DNA from: Balamuthia mandrillaris
Lineage: Eukaryota
Direction of reading: 5' to 3'
NCBI GenBank assembly: GCA_031835245.2
Contig: JAVKOQ020000090.1
Location: forward strand, 124,001-183,750
Length of the DNA stretch: 59,750 bases
The translations under genes were made by a program, and so were the position numbers. Below, in pieces: positions 45,983 to 58,399 of this stretch (the first letter of the stretch is position 1; the number at the start of each line of letters is the position of its first letter). The notes beneath the pieces are model-generated. The model made no database searches. It was not told the origin of the DNA and saw only the letters and a program-made list of their open reading frames with translations.

Positions 45983-48900
45983 ATGAGCTTTATGCACCAA
46001 AGCGATGGCCATTTGTCTCTTCGGCCACTCCTCCAATCCTATCAGCGAGCTATTCACCGATTGCTTCAGCAGCTGCCGAGGGACTCCCCCACAAACCCTT
46101 CCGGCGAGGCGAGGGCCTCCTCGTCTTGTTCATGCCAACGCGGCTCCGCCTGCTCTTTTCGGTGCGTGGGAGGGAGGCTTCCCGCTAGCCTGCCGCTGGA
46201 ACAAAGCAGTGAGTACTTTCGACTCAGAGCAATGAGCCGAGGTCAGCTGACCTACTTGAAGGACAGGAGCTCGGGGAAGCTGGACGGTGGGTGGTCTCCT
46301 GACGAAGAAGAGCTAGAACTATCCCTCGGTCAACTGGTGATGCACTGTGGAGCTGGTGTTACACCAGGCACCTTCGCGCCTGGGGTTAACTCCAAGGAAG
46401 AAAAGGCTTGCTATTCGCTTGTCGTGGCTAACGAAGGACAAGGCAAGACCACGCTGTTTCACTATTTATGGAAGTCCCTCAACACTTTCTTCGCTACACC
46501 TCCTGCCGCCACTACCTTAAGGCCCCAAGAAGAAGGGTTACACGCCATGCCCTGCAATTTGTTGAGAGGCTTGCCAGCTGCTTCCCTTCGTTTCTGCCTT
46601 TACGTGGACTGTCACTTCCTTGTCTCTTCGTTAGACCGGGCCTTAACCAGGAAAGCCTCACTTACCTCACAGCAACTGGGGCGACAATACAACCAAACGA
46701 AAAAGGAGGTGACGAAGAAAGAGGAGGAAGCAAAAGAGGATACGCAGAAGCCCAATCAGCGCGAGCGAGAGCTTACGCTGGAGATGGAGGCCTTAATCGA
46801 GGCTGCAGCACAGACCTGGAGCTCTCTCAAGCCCTCCGCAAAAATGAATCGAGGAGGAGAATTCGAGAAAATGACGGACAACAAAGTCGAGCTCCAACTA
46901 GACTTTAAGCGAGCACTGCGAAGCTTACTAGCAGATACAAGCCTGCCCTTTATTCTATTGCTCGACGGTTTGGAGGAGGTACCCTTGAATTTTCTTCACC
47001 CCCTACTCTGTGGGCTGTTGCAAACAGGTCAGTCGCTGCAAAGTAAACGATGCCAAGAACAGATAAAAGAAGAAGCAGAAGAAGCAGAAGAAGAAGAAGA
47101 AGAAGAAGAAGAAGAAGAACAAGAAGAAAAAGAAGAACAAGAACAAGAACAAGAAGAAGAAAAAGTAGGAGGAAGAGGACACGAAAAAGAGGCCAAGCAA
47201 GAAAAGGAAGGACACAGATTTGTGTGGAGTATGGATTCGAGAACAGAAAAAGACGGGGTGCTAGAGGAGGCGCAAGTGCAGAAGACCCAATCCTCTAAAC
47301 TGCTGCAAGAGTTCGAGCGCAACGTACGGGTTGCCGCCGTAAGCCCGGATACCAAGTTATCACTGAGATTGCGACGTTTTGGGAAAAAGTTAAAGTACAG
47401 CCTGCGTGATGGAGGCAGGCTGCACACCGTATTAGCAGCTTGTCGCTATGATACCCTTAAACGCCTTCTTTGTTTCGAAGAGCCACCCTCATCTTCCAGC
47501 ACAGATTTGGAGAACACCAGTAACACGAGTTTGGAAAAACAAAAGCAGACGGGAAAAGAGCGAGATCAAGAACCACCTCAGCTACAACTGCCGTCACAGC
47601 TACTGCCTCAACAAGGGCACCCGCCACAACCGCAGCCACAACTTCACCAAAACCAAGGAGATCTCTCTACCTCTTTTAAGTTTATTGCCGAATTGAAAGA
47701 GACGCGCCTTCGCAAAGAAGAGAAGATGGCGGCTGCATTTGGGGCAATGACCAACGAAAGCATTTCCCAATGGGCAAACAGCGGCCTTGGGCAATTAATC
47801 CAATGGCGAGTTGTCAAGTTGCAAAACTTCGAGAGCGACTATGACGAAAACATGTTTATTCGTCAGCTATTATCTCATTGGGGAGTCTATTCTTCATCTC
47901 TTTGGAAGCTGGTTTACAACAAGAAACTAAGGCTGCTTCCCGATCCACCTCCCCCCTCTGCTTCATCGCGCGTGGCTTGCACGCCACCACAGCTACCTTC
48001 ACCCTTTGCCCCAACCACCACACCCTTCACACCCTTACAACTCTATCTACTAGCAAGAGAATGTGCTATGCGAGGCATCTCGCGGTCAAGTGAAGAGAAA
48101 CAAGCGTGCATCCACTCAAGAGGAGAAGGAAGGGGCGATATTGCCCAGACTCTGTTCGAGTTTTATCAGCACTTGCTGGATGACATTGTGCACGACTACC
48201 TCTTCCACAATCTTCGGGTGCAAACTGAACGGCAGGCGATTGAAGATAGAACTCCATCGAGTTGCGTTTTGGAGACGAAAGAACAAGTTTTCCGCGACTG
48301 GAAGCAATGGCTCTGCATATTCGCGTTTCTCATTTTTCTTTGGGAGGATGAACGCCGAACGAAGGGGGTGCATCGGACATCACTACAACGACGTTTTCTC
48401 ATCGACTCGTTGCAGATTCTAGTAGAAGCCTTGCCTCATAGCTCTTTGTCGGTACGCAACGGCTCTCAACTATTAGATGAGTTATTAGACGTACTCCCGC
48501 AGAGCTTCTGCAGTGGAATGCGTATAGGACGTTCTGGATGTACACCCCGAGCTGAGGAAGGAGAGGAAGTTCCACTGAGTGACCACCACCGACAAGATGC
48601 ACACCTGCCAGAGCAGAGACCATCGCTGGAAGTATTATCCTTCAAGGAGACTCTGTTTCAACAGTTCTTAGTGGCTGAGTTTCTGCGGGACGAGCGCTTA
48701 GCTTCTCGGATATTTATCCTCCTTTCTAGCAGCAGCAATGAGTGCTACCAACTTGCTAATGAGCTAAAGGAACTACCATCAGACAGACCCGTTGACGACG
48801 AGAGATGGTGGTGGGGGTTGTCGAACACTTCGCAACAAAGATATATAAGCCATTGGTGGTGGGATGCGGTGTGGTTGTTCTTGTCCTACAGCAAAGGAAT

Positions 48901-51900
48901 GCAGTGGATGGCAGAGCGAATACTTCAACATCCTATACGGCTATACCATGAATGCGTGAGCAGTGCGCAGGTACAGCAGCTAGCAACAGATGGAACGGTA
49001 GATCGTGAAGAAGATGCAGCTCCACCACCAACCCTCACTTCTAGTCCATTTCCCACAATACAATCCGGCCCCTCTCCCTCCTCCTTGCCCAAATCCACAA
49101 GTAATGTCAGCTGTGGCTTTTACCAGACGTGGTTGGACTTGCTTCGAGCCTGTGGAACGGATCCGCACGATCTTGGTCAAGTAAGATTCTCGCTGCTGCT
49201 GAGAGCCAAGGCATGTGAGGGCTGCCTCTTTCAAGCTAGCACGGGCGTTGCAGCTCTTGATCTCCACGATGACGATGTTGGTGGCCTTTCACAAGACGAT
49301 GGTGATAGTGCTGCGCACCTCAAAGCAACTCGCGATAGAAGTCAAAGAGGCCATGTAGAGAAGGAGGAAGATGGGGCTACGGCCGCTACGCTACCCCTCA
49401 AAGATGTGACGCAGCTTGGCAGTACATTCTGGGAATTAGTATTGCAATCAGAGACAACTCTTATGCATCTTCAATCCTATCCGGTCTATCTACAGTTGAA
49501 CTACTGCCTTGGCAGCAAGATGGTAAACAAGGTCATCACCAAATGCATCTCTGTGCTGAAATATTCCCACTGGAACAATCTGGATCTCTTTGCAGTTCCC
49601 ATTCTACTCAAATTCCTGCCCGAAAATTTCCTAGACGAAGCAAAAATATCCCAGCTTATCGCTCTCTTTGAGGAAGAAAAGAAACGAGATAAGGCCAAGC
49701 AACACAGTAGCAACCTTGGAAGTGTGCGGAACACCAAGCCGCTGCTGCCAACACAAGGTTCAGACCCCAAGCGCAAACCACAAGAAACGGAGTCGGAAAA
49801 ACACTCCATCAGAATACGGAGGAGCCTTATTCACTTGCTGTGGCAAATAAACCTACGAAAAAGCTCTCCCGACCTGGAAAACATCAACAACTTCAACATC
49901 ATCCACCTCATCATCGACTTGCTGAAGGACTCGGATGGTGGCGTGCAAAGAGAAGCCACGCTGATAATGAAGGAGCTTGGCAAACTCTCATTGCTCCAAC
50001 TAGGAACCAAGCAACGAGAATTTTTTCTCAAACAATTGTTGCGGCTCTCTCCGCCTCCCACTGGTACTTCTACTGTCACTCCCTGCACAGTCATGCCATT
50101 AAGCTACGTTTTTGAGAGCTTTGAATGGAAGCAGTTGATGAACTCCGCACTAAAAATGATGAAGATGTTCGATCTCTACGAGTGGCTGTTACGATGGGTA
50201 GGCAGTGAAGATGCCGGTCTACGCCTGCTGGTCTTCACAGTGCTGGGAACTCTTGGTGACACCCTTCTGCCAACCCGCCAAAGAACTGACCCAGAACGTG
50301 TGGCCTCCTGTCAGGTCTTGGCTATGCTTAGCCAGGCCTATCAACCATCTTACCCTCCAGCTTTGCTCAAGCGGCTTAAAGATATCGATCGTCGTACTAC
50401 CTCATCACCGCCTATCTTCGGCAAGACCAATGAGGAACGCCCATTTGTACGAGCCTTTGTGTCGGTGGCCTTTCATGCCTTTGGCGAGGGAGCAGCTGAA
50501 TGTCCTGATGTCGCCTCGATGATGGAACTGCTACAGTGTAAACCAACGTTCATGTCCCGCATCTCTGCTGTCTTGTTGCTGAAGATGAGCGAGGAGCAAG
50601 AGGGTCTACGCCAAGACCATTACAGCGAAGGAGATGAACGAGAAAAAACGAGCGAAAATTGCCCAGAAACAAAAAATAATGGCTTGCTTGTACTGCAGAA
50701 GCTGATGATGGCACCATTTGACGTAGCTGGTGGAGAAGGAGGCCCAAAAGGTGACTTTGTTGAAGGGCTCAACAACTTTGTTATCAAGGAAATCCTTCCA
50801 CTTCTGCGCCTCATACCTGACCATTTGCTCAGCCATAGTTCTGAGCATAAGTTTTCCTTGCTCTCATCTTGGTTGCTGCAGCTGCCTCATTCAACAACAT
50901 CGTCAATGCAAACGGAAGCAAACAAGTCTATCACAAACCCTCGCACCTTAGATACTGCACTTCAATCCCACAACTCCCTACAGTCGAGCATAGATCTGCA
51001 ACTTCTCATACTCAAGTCCTTGCCCTCTCGCTTCTCTCTGTCGATGGAAGAGCATCTCTTCCCTCACACCTGCAATACACACCTGAACTATCTCTTCCTG
51101 CTTTTGGACGTACTGGAAAAGCATGACCGTGCTAGTGGAAACCTTATCCTCAGAGAAGCGATTATTGAGAAGTTAAACGTGGTAGCAACGAATCAGCTGA
51201 CGCAACACATCACCCATGTTCGTCCTTTGTCACAACAGCTGACAAAGGAAGAGGTAGAAGGAGAAGAACAAGAAGAAACAGAAGCGGCAGCAGACACTAG
51301 TTGTTGTGCCAGAAAGAACATCATCAATGCCCTGCTTACTGCTCGCGCAGAGCTGGCAAGACGATGCGCAAAACTGCTTTCCCACAGGTCTGCTTGGGTT
51401 ATTCTTTCTTGCTTAAGGCTACTGTTTGTACTCAATGACAAAGAGAGAGAAGAGACACCGTTTATCATATCACATTACCGCAAAAATGCTACAGACACAG
51501 GACCTCTTCAACCAAGCAAATGTACTCCTCATCATCCTTCAATCGATTGGAAGGACGCAGTAGAGCAGATGTTAAACCGAACGCTCATTATGTTAAGCGA
51601 AACGGATCCAACATTTCGGATGGAAGCAACAAGCCTCCTTAACCTATTTCTCAACAACACTGCTCGGCACTACCACCACAAACTAAATAACTACGGCAAT
51701 ACCATAGGCATGAACATCAGGCTGGAAGACGAGCATATCATTGCCCTTTGCTCGTTGCTCAAGTCTCCTCTCTTTGCCATTCGAGCCACAGCCGTAACTG
51801 CTCTTGGCATGTTTTGTCAGACAACAGCAGTCGTGCCAACCTTACCTCAACGACCCACCAAACAACCACTATTTGCAGGCTGGCAAAAACGAATCGAGCA

Positions 51901-52283
51901 CTTTCTTCTGCAAATCCTACGGGAAGAAAGCAACATGGATAGAGAGGGAAATGATGCGGTTCAAGAATCAACTGTCCGTGCATTGTGCTTTCTTAGGGAG
52001 AATATATCAGATGAAGGGTTGGCTACTGTGGCCAGCCTTCTTAACGCCAAGAGCCGGTTAAGGATTGTTGTGCTAGAAGCTCTTGCCTCCTTTGGGCGGC
52101 GTTCCCTCTTTTATATACCGTGTTTCATAGAGTTCCTTAAAAGCGAGAATCCTTGTCTCCGAGAAACTGCGGCTCATCAGTTGAAAGTATTGGCGTCATA
52201 CCTCCCCTTTGACGAAGAACATATAGCGCAACTAGGGGCATTGCTGAGAGGTACTTGAATTTTCACATTTCTTCATCTACGTT

Positions 52284-52321
<38 letters not shown>

Positions 52322-53890
52322 GCACTCTCACACTCTCCTCTGCTTCCTCTCCCTCTCTTCAATAGGTACTAGTGACGTTGCCAAGATGCCTCGCCACAGT
52401 TCTGGGACGCCTTCTCTTTCTGATGGCGACCAGTCCTTCGAGGAAGAGCTACACTTACCCGATTTTGAGGAATCTGATTCGGATGACGACGCTTTTGTCA
52501 GAGAGGAGGCTCTGGGTGTTCTTATGAAGTTAGGCCCTCAAACATTGATCCTCTTTGTTCACGATATCATGGACATTCTGTCAAATGAGCGAAATGAGGA
52601 AGGTTCACTCTACAAAGCGTGTCTTCTGGCCACAGGCTTACTGCTTCAATACTTGCACAAGAAAGAGGTTGACCTGGACATTAACGAGCAGCGCCTCCAC
52701 CACATTCGATACCTTTTGTGTGCAATGGAGTCTACACATGACGGGTGGAAAATAGCTGCTATGCAGCCAGTAAACGCAGTTCACTTGTCCCTCATGCAAA
52801 GACAGGTTAACGAGAAATTGCAAGGGGTGAAGCAGAGACGATTGCTTGTGAACAAGTATTACAACTTTATCCTTCCTCCCATCATCAACAACAGCCTCAA
52901 CAGCACCATCCCAATGGTCAAAAAGGCTGCCCTCAAAATCCTCCGCATCAACCCTAAGCTCATCACTCGCTTTCACTACACATTCAAGCTCACCAAGTTG
53001 CTTAATTCGTTTGCTGAAGACCCAGACAACCAAATTCAAGCCTTTATGTTGCTTGCAGAAGCTTGTTGTGTGACTATCACAGCTCATTTGAATCCTTTGG
53101 TCTCGTTGCTTAAAAGTAGAGACACCAAAATCCTTATCAAGACAATTAACCTCTTTGGGCGACTTCGTAGTAGGCAAGGTCTCACATGCGCCCTCAATCT
53201 TGTGCCGTCAGCCATCAATCACCTTAACTCGTTTGACATAAAGCGAAGACTGCTCTCTCTTCTCGTCAAGTATGGTGACGACTTTGAGTTGCAGCAGCCA
53301 ATGCCTCAACAAGCTACTTCTGAGAGTTATCAACATGAACTGCATTTACGAAAACAAGAGGTGAAGCTTTTATTCTCCAAGTCAAAAGATGCTAGTCTGA
53401 AGGGCTTTGCCTTTCAAGTACTGAAAAAGGACTTTTTGCATGATATTGCCTCAGAGCAACAGGTGCAGTATATACTTATTACTTTGAGAGCAAGCACTGT
53501 ACTAACTGTACCTACTAGCTTCCTGCTGAATTCATTAAAGTGCTTATTTCTATGCTAACAGATAGCAGCACCAAAAATCAAATGGAAGGCGTGTTCACAT
53601 TTGCAGAGCTCAAACCTTTTCATAGACGTCAAATCCTACCTTTTCTCTTTCCTTGTTCCTCTGCTTCCATTCCTTCATCAAGACCCCAAGCTATAATTTC
53701 ATCTTCTACTACAGCTTTTAGTTGCTTTTCTTTTCCTTTTATTGCTGGTACTTCACACAGTGACAGTAGTGACAGTGAAGAACAAGAAGAAAATGGTCAA
53801 GATTCTGAAAACACACCACTTAGTGACTCAGTTATTTTATGGCAACTATTGAGCATGCATTGGAACTGCCTCATAACACATACCTTTTAA
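45983..53890 (+). CDS. Very large STAND (NACHT-like) NTPase with C-terminal HEAT/ARM-like repeats (~2600 aa; 3 exons, last exon frame uncertain)
   Basis: 6.3-kb first exon. Walker A ANEGQGKTT, Walker B LLLDGLEEV, TPLQLYL, winged-helix FKETLFQQFLVAEFL. HEAT-like LLKDSDGGVQREA, LLKSPLFAIRATAVTALG, FLKSENPCLRETA. Confidence 0.72.
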
Positions 53891-53964
53891 ACTTTTGTTT
53901 GTAATTGCTTTTTTACTTTGTAGTTAACTTGTTGTAAAAAGAGCCTTATTTAAGTGATGTTTAA

Positions 53965-54620
53965 GATAATAATAATAAGTTTACAAATTTTGCTTTAAGA
54001 AAAAACCAAACTAGAAAAAGTATTGTACATACATCCTCTTTACTTACTCCCTCTTCCTCAATGCTTTCCTAATTGTGTGCTATAACAATGTTGAATAAGC
54101 TTTCAGACAAGCTTTACACACTCATATATCTATCCACCTCTTTCCTCTTTCTTTTTTCCTCTTTTTCATCATTTTACATTACTTCTACGAATTGATAGAA
54201 TGCATAAGAACTTTCATACTTCCATTTTATTGCATTTTACTTGCTTTTGTTTTTGCTTTTCATGATCTCTATATATATTTATAACTTTGCTTACATTGTT
54301 TTACTTCTTGTGCTTAGTTGTCTTTTTTTCTGATATAACTTCGTTGTATAGACTTCTATAATCAGATTTTTTGTTGTTTCTGCATGTTAAGTACTTGCAG
54401 TTCTCTTTAAATGGCTGAATGACTATTTAGTTTTTTAAAAACCCAAAAGACAGTCCATTACAATGAATAGCATTCATCAAATATTCCTTTCTTGAGTTAA
54501 ACCAAACATCTTCTATTTATCAACACTTAGTTTTGGCCCTTATCCTCTTGGCTTTCTTTTAAACATCACTTATCTGTTTACTTCCTTTACCATCTTCTTC
54601 CTTACCTTCATTTTGGCTTG
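53965..54620 (-). mobile_element. Heavily mutated, internally deleted 3' fragment of the adjacent LINE (copy 1)
   Basis: Aligns by eye with 54646-54900 and 54901-55740 (e.g. actttgcttacattgtt, cttctataatcag, tgaatagcattcatcaa, atcctcttggctttctttt) but is much more AT-rich. Confidence 0.85.
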
Positions 54621-54645
54621 GACTATTACAAAAAAGGAACACAAT

Positions 54646-54900
54646 GTAGTAGTAGTAATAAAAAGTTTATTTGCTCTGAGAGCAACACCAATCTATACAT
54701 AAAAAGTAAGCCTTGTACATACATAGTGTACTCTTACTTTTCTTACTCCCTCATCCTCAATGCCTTCCCAATTGTTACTCAATTCACAAGTGAAAGGTGT
54801 TGAATGAGATTTCAGACCAACTTTGTATCATCTAGCTATCCTTTTCTTTCCCTTTCCTTTTTCCTCTTTTCCTTGCTTACATTACTTCCAAAGACTGATA
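54646..54900 (-). mobile_element. 5'-truncated ~255-nt LINE 3' end (copy 2)
   Basis: 54756-54900 is identical to 55006-55150. Ends (minus strand) in AATAAA-T-run-(TAC)n tail. Confidence 0.9.
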
Positions 54901-55126
54901 GTAATAGTAATAAAAAAGTTTATTTGATCTGAGAGAAACACAAATCTATACATAAAGTAAGCCTTTAATACATACATAGTGTTCCATGTTCAGCACCTCC
55001 CTCATCTCAATGCCTTCCCAATTGTTACTCAATTCACAAGTGAAAGGTGTTGAATGAGATTTCAGACCAACTTTGTATCATCTAGCTATCCTTTTCTTTC
55101 CCTTTCCTTTTTCCTCTTTTCCTTGC

Positions 55127-58100
55127 TTACATTACTTCCAAAGACTGATAAAATTCAGAAGAACTTCCATGCTTCCAACTTGCTCTTGCTGCCCATAATC
55201 TCCAGACTCGTTTACAACTTTGCTTACATTGTTCCATCTCTTGAGCTCTGTTACATTTCTTTCCCTTGACAGAACTTTGTTGTACAGTCTTCTATAATCA
55301 GCTTTCTGACTTGTTCTTCATCTCCATTGTCCACATTCCAGATTCTAAAACAATCTTCCCAAAGATTAGGACATCTTAATAGGAAGTGTTCTGCTGTTTC
55401 TTCCTCAGCATTGCATGCAGGGCACATACTGTCCTCTTCAGACTGCTGAATGGCTCTCCACTTTTTTCCAATGGGCAGTCCACCACAGTGAATAGCATTC
55501 ATCAATTGTTCCTTCCTTGGGTTGGTAATCACTAAGCTTCGTTGTTGTCCAACCAAACATTTTCCATTTGTCAGGAAGTTATGCCAAAGCCATGCTCTTG
55601 TTCCTCTTTCTCCTTCAACTGCATACTCTGCCTTGGCTACTCGAGTTAAGGTCCTCATCCTCTTGGCTTTCTTTTCAATGTCACTCATCCCTTCACTTCC
55701 CTCACCTTCTCTCTTCTCACCTTCCTCTTCCCTTGCTTGGCTTATCTCTACCAGAAGCTCAAAGTGCCCATCTTGCCTCTCAGCATGGCGAATTACTGCT
55801 TGCCTTTCCAACTCACAGTAGGCCTTGATGGTCAACCAGCCCAATTCTGCTCTACAAACCCCTGCCACAGTCCTTTGATGGACTTGCAATACACTTCTTG
55901 CTGTCTCATTCCACACAGCTTCGATCTTCTTCCACCATGATTTGGAAAGCTCTGTCATGCAAAGTCCATATGACAAGGTAGACTTGACAATGGCCTCTGC
56001 AGCAATCTGGGCAGTACATGTACCCAGGCCTTGAGCAATGGCTCCCCGCTGCCTAAGGCTGTAGAGGGCTTGCTTGGCCTTGGTGATCCTCTCCTTGGCA
56101 TGGGTTGTCCACTCACCACTTTCTTTAAACCACAGTCCCAGGTACTTGGCCTCCTTCACACGTTTCACAGCTTCCCCCTTTAGTCTCCACTCTTGGAAGC
56201 AAGCCTTCTTTCCTTGTACTAGCACCACTGATTTCTTTGCATTGAACTGAAGTCCCAGAGCATTCACTGCCTCCACTGCCACATTCAGTCTTCTTTGAAG
56301 CTCAAAAGGATCGCTGGCCACCACTGCCAAATCATCTGCAAACAACAAGCAAACATTCCTTGCTTTATCTCCTCTTTCCTTTTCCTCTGCCACCCATAGC
56401 TTTCTTGCCACCACGTCAATATACACATTGAATAAGAAGGAAGACAAAACTCCTCCTTGCTTAACTCCTCTTTCTACCAGAAATTCCTCAGAGAGTTGCC
56501 CATTCATGCGAATGACACTTGTCATACCACAGTACCACTCTGCAATGATGCCCACTGCTGCCTCTTCTGCTCCTCTTTTGCGCAATGTCCTTGCCAGTAT
56601 GTCATGGTCAAGCATGTCATATGCCTTGCTGATATCCAACAGAGCAATATAAGTACGTTCTTTGCTTCTCTTCATCAGGCATTTCTTCAACCGCCTCACT
56701 TGATCCATGACTCCTCTTCCTTTTCTAAATCCGCCCTGGCAATCACTTATCCACCCTTGCTCTCTTGCTTGCATGTTCAACTGCACCAAGATAGCTCCCT
56801 CAAACACCTTGGCTGCGTTGCATAAGAGGGTAATTCCTCTATAGTTTGCTGGGTTCTGGGGATCTCCTGCCTTATGCAATGGGATAACCACCCCCTGTTT
56901 CCACTCCTTGGGGAACACGCCTTGGTTCTCAATGGCCTTGATCAGTGTCCAAGTTGCGTCTTGCACATGTTTACCTCCATACTTCATCATTTCCCCATCA
57001 ATATTATCCACTCCAGGTGCTTTGCCCACCCTCAATCTTTTCCTCCATGCAAAATTAAAGCTCTCCTTCTTAAGCCAGTTGCTGCCAGACCAAGACGGTC
57101 CTTCTGGACCTGCTTCCTCTCGATGCAAGCTCCCGATGGAAGAATCCTTCCTCCCCAGCTTTGCCCAATGTTCCTTGAAGGCTGCCATGCTACCATGGTG
57201 CTTAATAACGGCTTTGGGCTCTGCTCTACGCTTTGCCACTATTCTCCACATGTTGCCAATCCATTTCTGTATTTCCTTGATGTTCTCTTGTCTCTTCCAC
57301 TTCATCCAGTCCCATTTGTTGGCTTTCCACAACTTCACAAACCTTTTCCTAAGTTCCACAAAATCCTCTCTGGCCTTTCCATCATGCTTTCCTTCTCTCA
57401 GCCACTGAGCATGGGCTTCCACCACCTGCTTGTTCAAGGATGTTAACTCTGCCGTCCACCATGGCTTCCTTGCCCTGCTAGTTGTTGCTCCAACCAGTCT
57501 CCTTTCTTTACCAAACCATCTCATTGCACTATCCCACAATCCTTTTTTCCACTTGGTCCAAAGATCTTCAACTGTAGCTGCTCCCTCCTGCGTTTTCTTC
57601 ACCATGGCCTTCCATTCCTCTCCTTTGAAGAAACGCTTGCACCCACGTTTGTACTCCCTCCACCTCCTCTTGCAATCTTCCTCCAAGTAAGACTTCCACT
57701 TCCAACGTTCCATCCAAACCCCGTCACAATTATCTGCTGAATCCTTCAACTCCACTACCAAAGGCTGGTGATCAGTCCACACTTGCCACCCATCGCCAGC
57801 TACCTTGCCCGTCCATCTCCATGCTACCACATAGTCCACTATGCTCTTTCATTTCCCAGCTCTCCATGTAAACACTGGTGTTTCCTCTTCAAGCTGAGGC
57901 ACCGAGAGGGCCAGCCTTTTGAAAGACTCCACCAAAACCTTTCCTCTCGCGTTGTAAGTAGATTCACCTCTACCATTCCAGCCCTTTCCAACCCTGGCGT
58001 TCCAATCTCCTCCAATAATCAGGGGTCTTATTATGACCACATTAAAGTTCTTTTCTCAATGCGTAGGTGACCTTAAAGTTGTCATGGTGCCTCCTGGAGA

Positions 58101-58399
58101 GATGCACTATACGTTGATTATAAAGATGCAACCCTGTCATAGTTCACCAAGTGGAGTTGGGTGTTAAGCCACTCTCCTTTCTCCGATGTTCCCCTTAAAC
58201 CTCGAACAAAGAAACCTACGCCACCCTTCCACCATACTCACTCCCTGGGCAACCCCTCCACCCATCACGATACCTCCAATCGAGACAACCGTCTATGTTC
58301 GCACACTCCAATAATGTCAAATTGCTTACTGTCAGCCCAACAGCTGACCAATTCCTCTTGTCCCCAGCCCCTAGAGTTGACAAACGCTACTGAAGTCAA
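55127..58399 (-). pseudogene. LINE ORF2 (APE endonuclease + reverse transcriptase + CCHC), interrupted
   Basis: RT segment 57839-55251 is open. The APE region has in-frame TGA stops and frameshifts. A frameshift near 55260 separates the VWRLWAAR C-terminus, which ends at 55127. Confidence 0.85.

Noticed and set aside
54646..55150. LTRs or a CRISPR-like array
   Set aside because: The 250-nt repeats are adjacent LINE 3' ends, do not flank an element, and show no repeat-spacer periodicity. No CRISPR array, tRNA or rRNA was seen in the window.
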